In this document: piece after piece, positions 61,218 through 64,000 of the stretch
Numbering within the stretch: the first letter of the stretch is position 1
How the letters are laid out: the number at the start of each line of letters is the position of its first letter
Origin: Candidatus Poribacteria bacterium
GTDB lineage: Bacteria; Poribacteria; WGA-4E; PCPOR2b
Direction: 5' to 3'
NCBI GenBank assembly: GCA_965208675.1
Contig: OZ242351.1
Location: 2,016,001-2,080,000, forward strand
Length of the DNA stretch: 64,000 nucleotides
The notes under the pieces: model-generated
Told to the model about the DNA's origin: nothing
Seen by the model: the letters and a program-made list of their open reading frames with translations, nothing else
The model's database searches: none
Program-made: the position numbers and the translations under genes

Positions 61218-62660
61218 GTGCAGCTTGAGTTGATAGATCCCAAGAAATACCGCCAGCTATTTCTGGATGACTTTGCCGTGGAGAGTATGAAAGGCGTTAC
61301 GCGTACACTGCATTCCCCGAAGAAATGGGGGCCTGTCCTCCACGGCGGGGGGATTCAGAGCCGTTCTTGTCCGCAATGGAATTCTGAGAAGAATTTGTGG
61401 GAATGGTGGTATTTCGGCCAGCATTCGTACTATGCGGTCTCCGATGACGGGGAGCATTGGAAAAAGCCCGCCTTGGGGTTGTACGAATTCGGCGGTTCAA
61501 GGGACAACAACATCGCCTTGGACCCGGTAAATATGGGGCAGGGAATCCCTTTGCACGTTGTGCGCGATGAATCCGATCCGGATCCGCGGCGCCGTTACAA
61601 AGCGTTGTTCAACGCCAACGGCCGCCTTGCGGTGTCCCCGGACGGATCTGACTGGACGCTCCACGATGCACCGCCCATCCCCAGCCAAGACGAGTCCCAG
61701 TTTACGCACGACCATCAGTCGAACCAGTTTCTGGCGATGGTCAAGTTGAGTTCGGAATGGGGACGTTCCGTATGGCTTTCCACGAGTTCCGATTTTAATA
61801 CCTTCACCGAACCCCTGCTAATCTTCCACACCGACGAAATTGACCAGGAGAACGGACGCCGGCGTGTCCGAAAAATAATCGAAGACCCGGCATATATCAC
61901 GCCGCCTCTTGTTGACGACGAGGATTACATTACCGAGTGCTACAACATGGCTGTGCTGCCGTACGAAGGGATTTATATCGGTTTCCCGACCATATTCAAT
62001 CCCGTCGGCGCCATTCCGCCACCGGAAACAAACCATACCCGCATAAACCAGATTGAGTTGACGGTCTCACGCGACCTATATCATTGGGAACGCGCCGCTG
62101 ACCGTGCTTTGTTCATTGCACTTGAACCGTTTGACGGCGAAAATTACGGGTGTAACCAACTCCTGATGGCGGGGCATCCCATTGTGCGTGCGGACGGTGA
62201 AATTTGGTGCTACTACAATGCACTGCGTGCGCCTGCCAGCATCGCACAGTATCAAAAGTTCAATTCCGCAAAGGAATTGTTCCGTCTCAATGTGAAACCA
62301 GAACACTTTGAAGATGCGGCTGCGTTGATGCTCGCCAAGCTGCGGCCTGACGGATTCGTGTCGATTGACGGCGATGCATGCGGTACTATTGTTACCAAGC
62401 CGTTCGAGTTGAAGGGCGAGGATGTCTACATCAACGCCGATGCAACCTGGGGCGAGATTTACAGCGAGATCATTGATGCAGAGACGCAGAAACCGCACGA
62501 AGGATTCTGGGTGCCGGGAGAGGAACCGCCGCCGTTTACCGGGGATAGCACCAAAGCCAAGGTAGGCTGGAAATACCCTCACGACTTGGTGTTTGAGAAG
62601 CCGGTACGGCTGAAGTTTTATCTACACCAGGCGCGTCTTTTCTCCTTCTGGATTGAGTAA
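61218..62660 (+). CDS. Putative five-bladed beta-propeller glycoside hydrolase-like protein
   Basis: QLFLDD, YAVSDDG.HW.KP.LG, SRDL.HW.R, LRPDGFVS, ARLFSFW. Confidence 0.7.
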   Translation: MQLELIDPKKYRQLFLDDFAVESMKGVTRTLHSPKKWGPVLHGGGIQSRSCPQWNSEKNLWEWWYFGQHSYYAVSDDGEHWKKPALGLYEFGGSRDNNIALDPVNMGQGIPLHVVRDESDPDPRRRYKALFNANGRLAVSPDGSDWTLHDAPPIPSQDESQFTHDHQSNQFLAMVKLSSEWGRSVWLSTSSDFNTFTEPLLIFHTDEIDQENGRRRVRKIIEDPAYITPPLVDDEDYITECYNMAVLPYEGIYIGFPTIFNPVGAIPPPETNHTRINQIELTVSRDLYHWERAADRALFIALEPFDGENYGCNQLLMAGHPIVRADGEIWCYYNALRAPASIAQYQKFNSAKELFRLNVKPEHFEDAAALMLAKLRPDGFVSIDGDACGTIVTKPFELKGEDVYINADATWGEIYSEIIDAETQKPHEGFWVPGEEPPPFTGDSTKAKVGWKYPHDLVFEKPVRLKFYLHQARLFSFWIE

Positions 62661-62808
62661 TTAATAGAGATTCTAGTGAAACCCAACCCCTCAACCAAAC
62701 CGATGTTTTTACGTCTAAGATTGATTGAGTTTCCCGTCGTAAGCACATCGTGGAAATGTCGATTAGTCGTAGCCACCGGCTCTATATTTGGAACTCAAGA
62801 GGAAAAAA

Positions 62809-64000
62809 GTGTTCATCCTAAAAAATTTGAAGCGTTATCGCGATGGAAGAGTTTCACCCGTAGGGCATTTTCATATTGTTCTGCGTCTATCTGTTCTCCT
62901 TCTTTTGCTTCATCTACACTTACCCTTTGCCCCGGTACAGCCGCTAGCTTGGGCGCTCGGTTTTGAATCAGGTCCTCAGGTAATTGATGACGCAGGCGAA
63001 GATACCGTTTTTAGCCCAAACGGTGACGGTGTTCAGGACAAGCTGCTTATCAGTTTCGTGACGGATGGTACTCGAGGGGATTTTCGGATTATTATTGACG
63101 TGCACGGTGCAGGCGGGATTGGTCCTCCCGATGGAGAATTCAATCCCGACGATGATTGGCTGGTCGGAGGCGCCATAGGCTCCGGAGCGACCGAATTCGA
63201 CGCACCTAAAATCATTCGTCAGGAATGGGATGGCAAAGATCGGTCTCCAGAACAAGAATCGCCGCCCACAGCTCGTGCTGTGCGGGACGGGACCTACAAC
63301 ATTCGCGTTGAAATTGACGCCTTCCAAGACGGTAGAGTTGACGAAATATTTCGATACCTCGCCGATACACTTACTGCCACCATTGACAGCGCCTCACCCG
63401 AGTCGTCCGTACAAGTTTCCCAAAGCGAGTTCTCACCGAATAGGGACGGTGTCAAAGACTCAACAGACATCAGCTTTATTCTCTCTGAAAACGTCGCAAC
63501 ATTGCAGTTAAGATTTGACGAATCGAACCGACCCGCGATTCCTTTGAGCGGGCGCTCACAGGGAAACCACACCTTCACATGGAACGGGAATGACAGTTTT
63601 GGCTCACGGTTGAGTGACGGTATCTATAATCTGCAACTACGAGGAAGTGATTATGGGGGCAACATAGGTGAGTTCACTGTTGGCGCAATAACTATTGATA
63701 CTACTTCGCCATCCATCTCGGAGGTTACGCCGAGCGGCAACTCCTTTCAAAACACACCAATCTCCGTTATCGAAGCGATAATCAATCCGGAGGGCGGATC
63801 CGCCATTGATTTCGCTCCGACATCGACAAATATTGCCTTGAAAGATGAAAACGGCAATTCAGTCGCAGGAAATCTAAAGGGCTACGAGAGCGAAAACCGA
63901 CTCACGCTGACTCTCAATACGCGATTGGACGACATTGACGAGAACGGAATTTACACGGTCTCCGTCGATGCGTTGGACCTAGCAGGAAACAGCGTTCAGG
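62809..64000 (+). CDS. Partial secreted Ig-like/FlgD-Ig repeat protein running off the window (absent from the ORF track)
   Basis: Frame open from GTG 62809 (GAGG upstream) to the end; hydrophobic stretch, FSPNGDGVQD, FSPNRDGVKD, WDGKD/WNGND..DG.Y, D.AGN. Confidence 0.75.
   Translation, partial: MFILKNLKRYRDGRVSPVGHFHIVLRLSVLLLLLHLHLPFAPVQPLAWALGFESGPQVIDDAGEDTVFSPNGDGVQDKLLISFVTDGTRGDFRIIIDVHGAGGIGPPDGEFNPDDDWLVGGAIGSGATEFDAPKIIRQEWDGKDRSPEQESPPTARAVRDGTYNIRVEIDAFQDGRVDEIFRYLADTLTATIDSASPESSVQVSQSEFSPNRDGVKDSTDISFILSENVATLQLRFDESNRPAIPLSGRSQGNHTFTWNGNDSFGSRLSDGIYNLQLRGSDYGGNIGEFTVGAITIDTTSPSISEVTPSGNSFQNTPISVIEAIINPEGGSAIDFAPTSTNIALKDENGNSVAGNLKGYESENRLTLTLNTRLDDIDENGIYTVSVDALDLAGNSVQ

Noticed and set aside
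1-64000. tRNA, rRNA, riboswitches, integrase/att site, and most nested antisense ORFs in the track
   Set aside because: No recognisable RNA gene or integrase by eye; small overlapping ORFs are shadows of long, motif-supported genes.

Overview
Bacterial genomic window of moderate GC. The gene content suggests a Candidatus Poribacteria-like host (inference): FlgD-Ig/'NYPNPFNPETWIPY' C-termini, PhyH, FGE-like, YCF48, ankyrin and HEAT proteins. Bases 1-26.3 kb form a defence island. Its backbone is restriction-like: HTH-SNF2-DUF3883, a DUF1156 adenine methylase and a DUF499 ATPase. Nested in it are a Menshen-like trio, an unnamed Ser/Thr kinase + TPR pair and a REP-flanked Y1 transposase. A TM0106 nuclease-helicase and a truncated AAA/DUF4276 pair follow. 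At 28.7-30.7 kb a ~2 kb element with 19-bp terminal inverted repeats carries only two coupled DUF1670 genes and no recognisable transposase; this is the best candidate for an undescribed mobile system. The rest is metabolic and envelope genes (glycerate kinase, murB, sugar isomerases, PhyH, AtuA, YCF48, MacA-like/ABC permease), a second RAYT and mosaic intergenic REP/MITE-like repeats. I saw no rRNA, tRNA or CRISPR array. All family calls come from motif recognition, not database searches.
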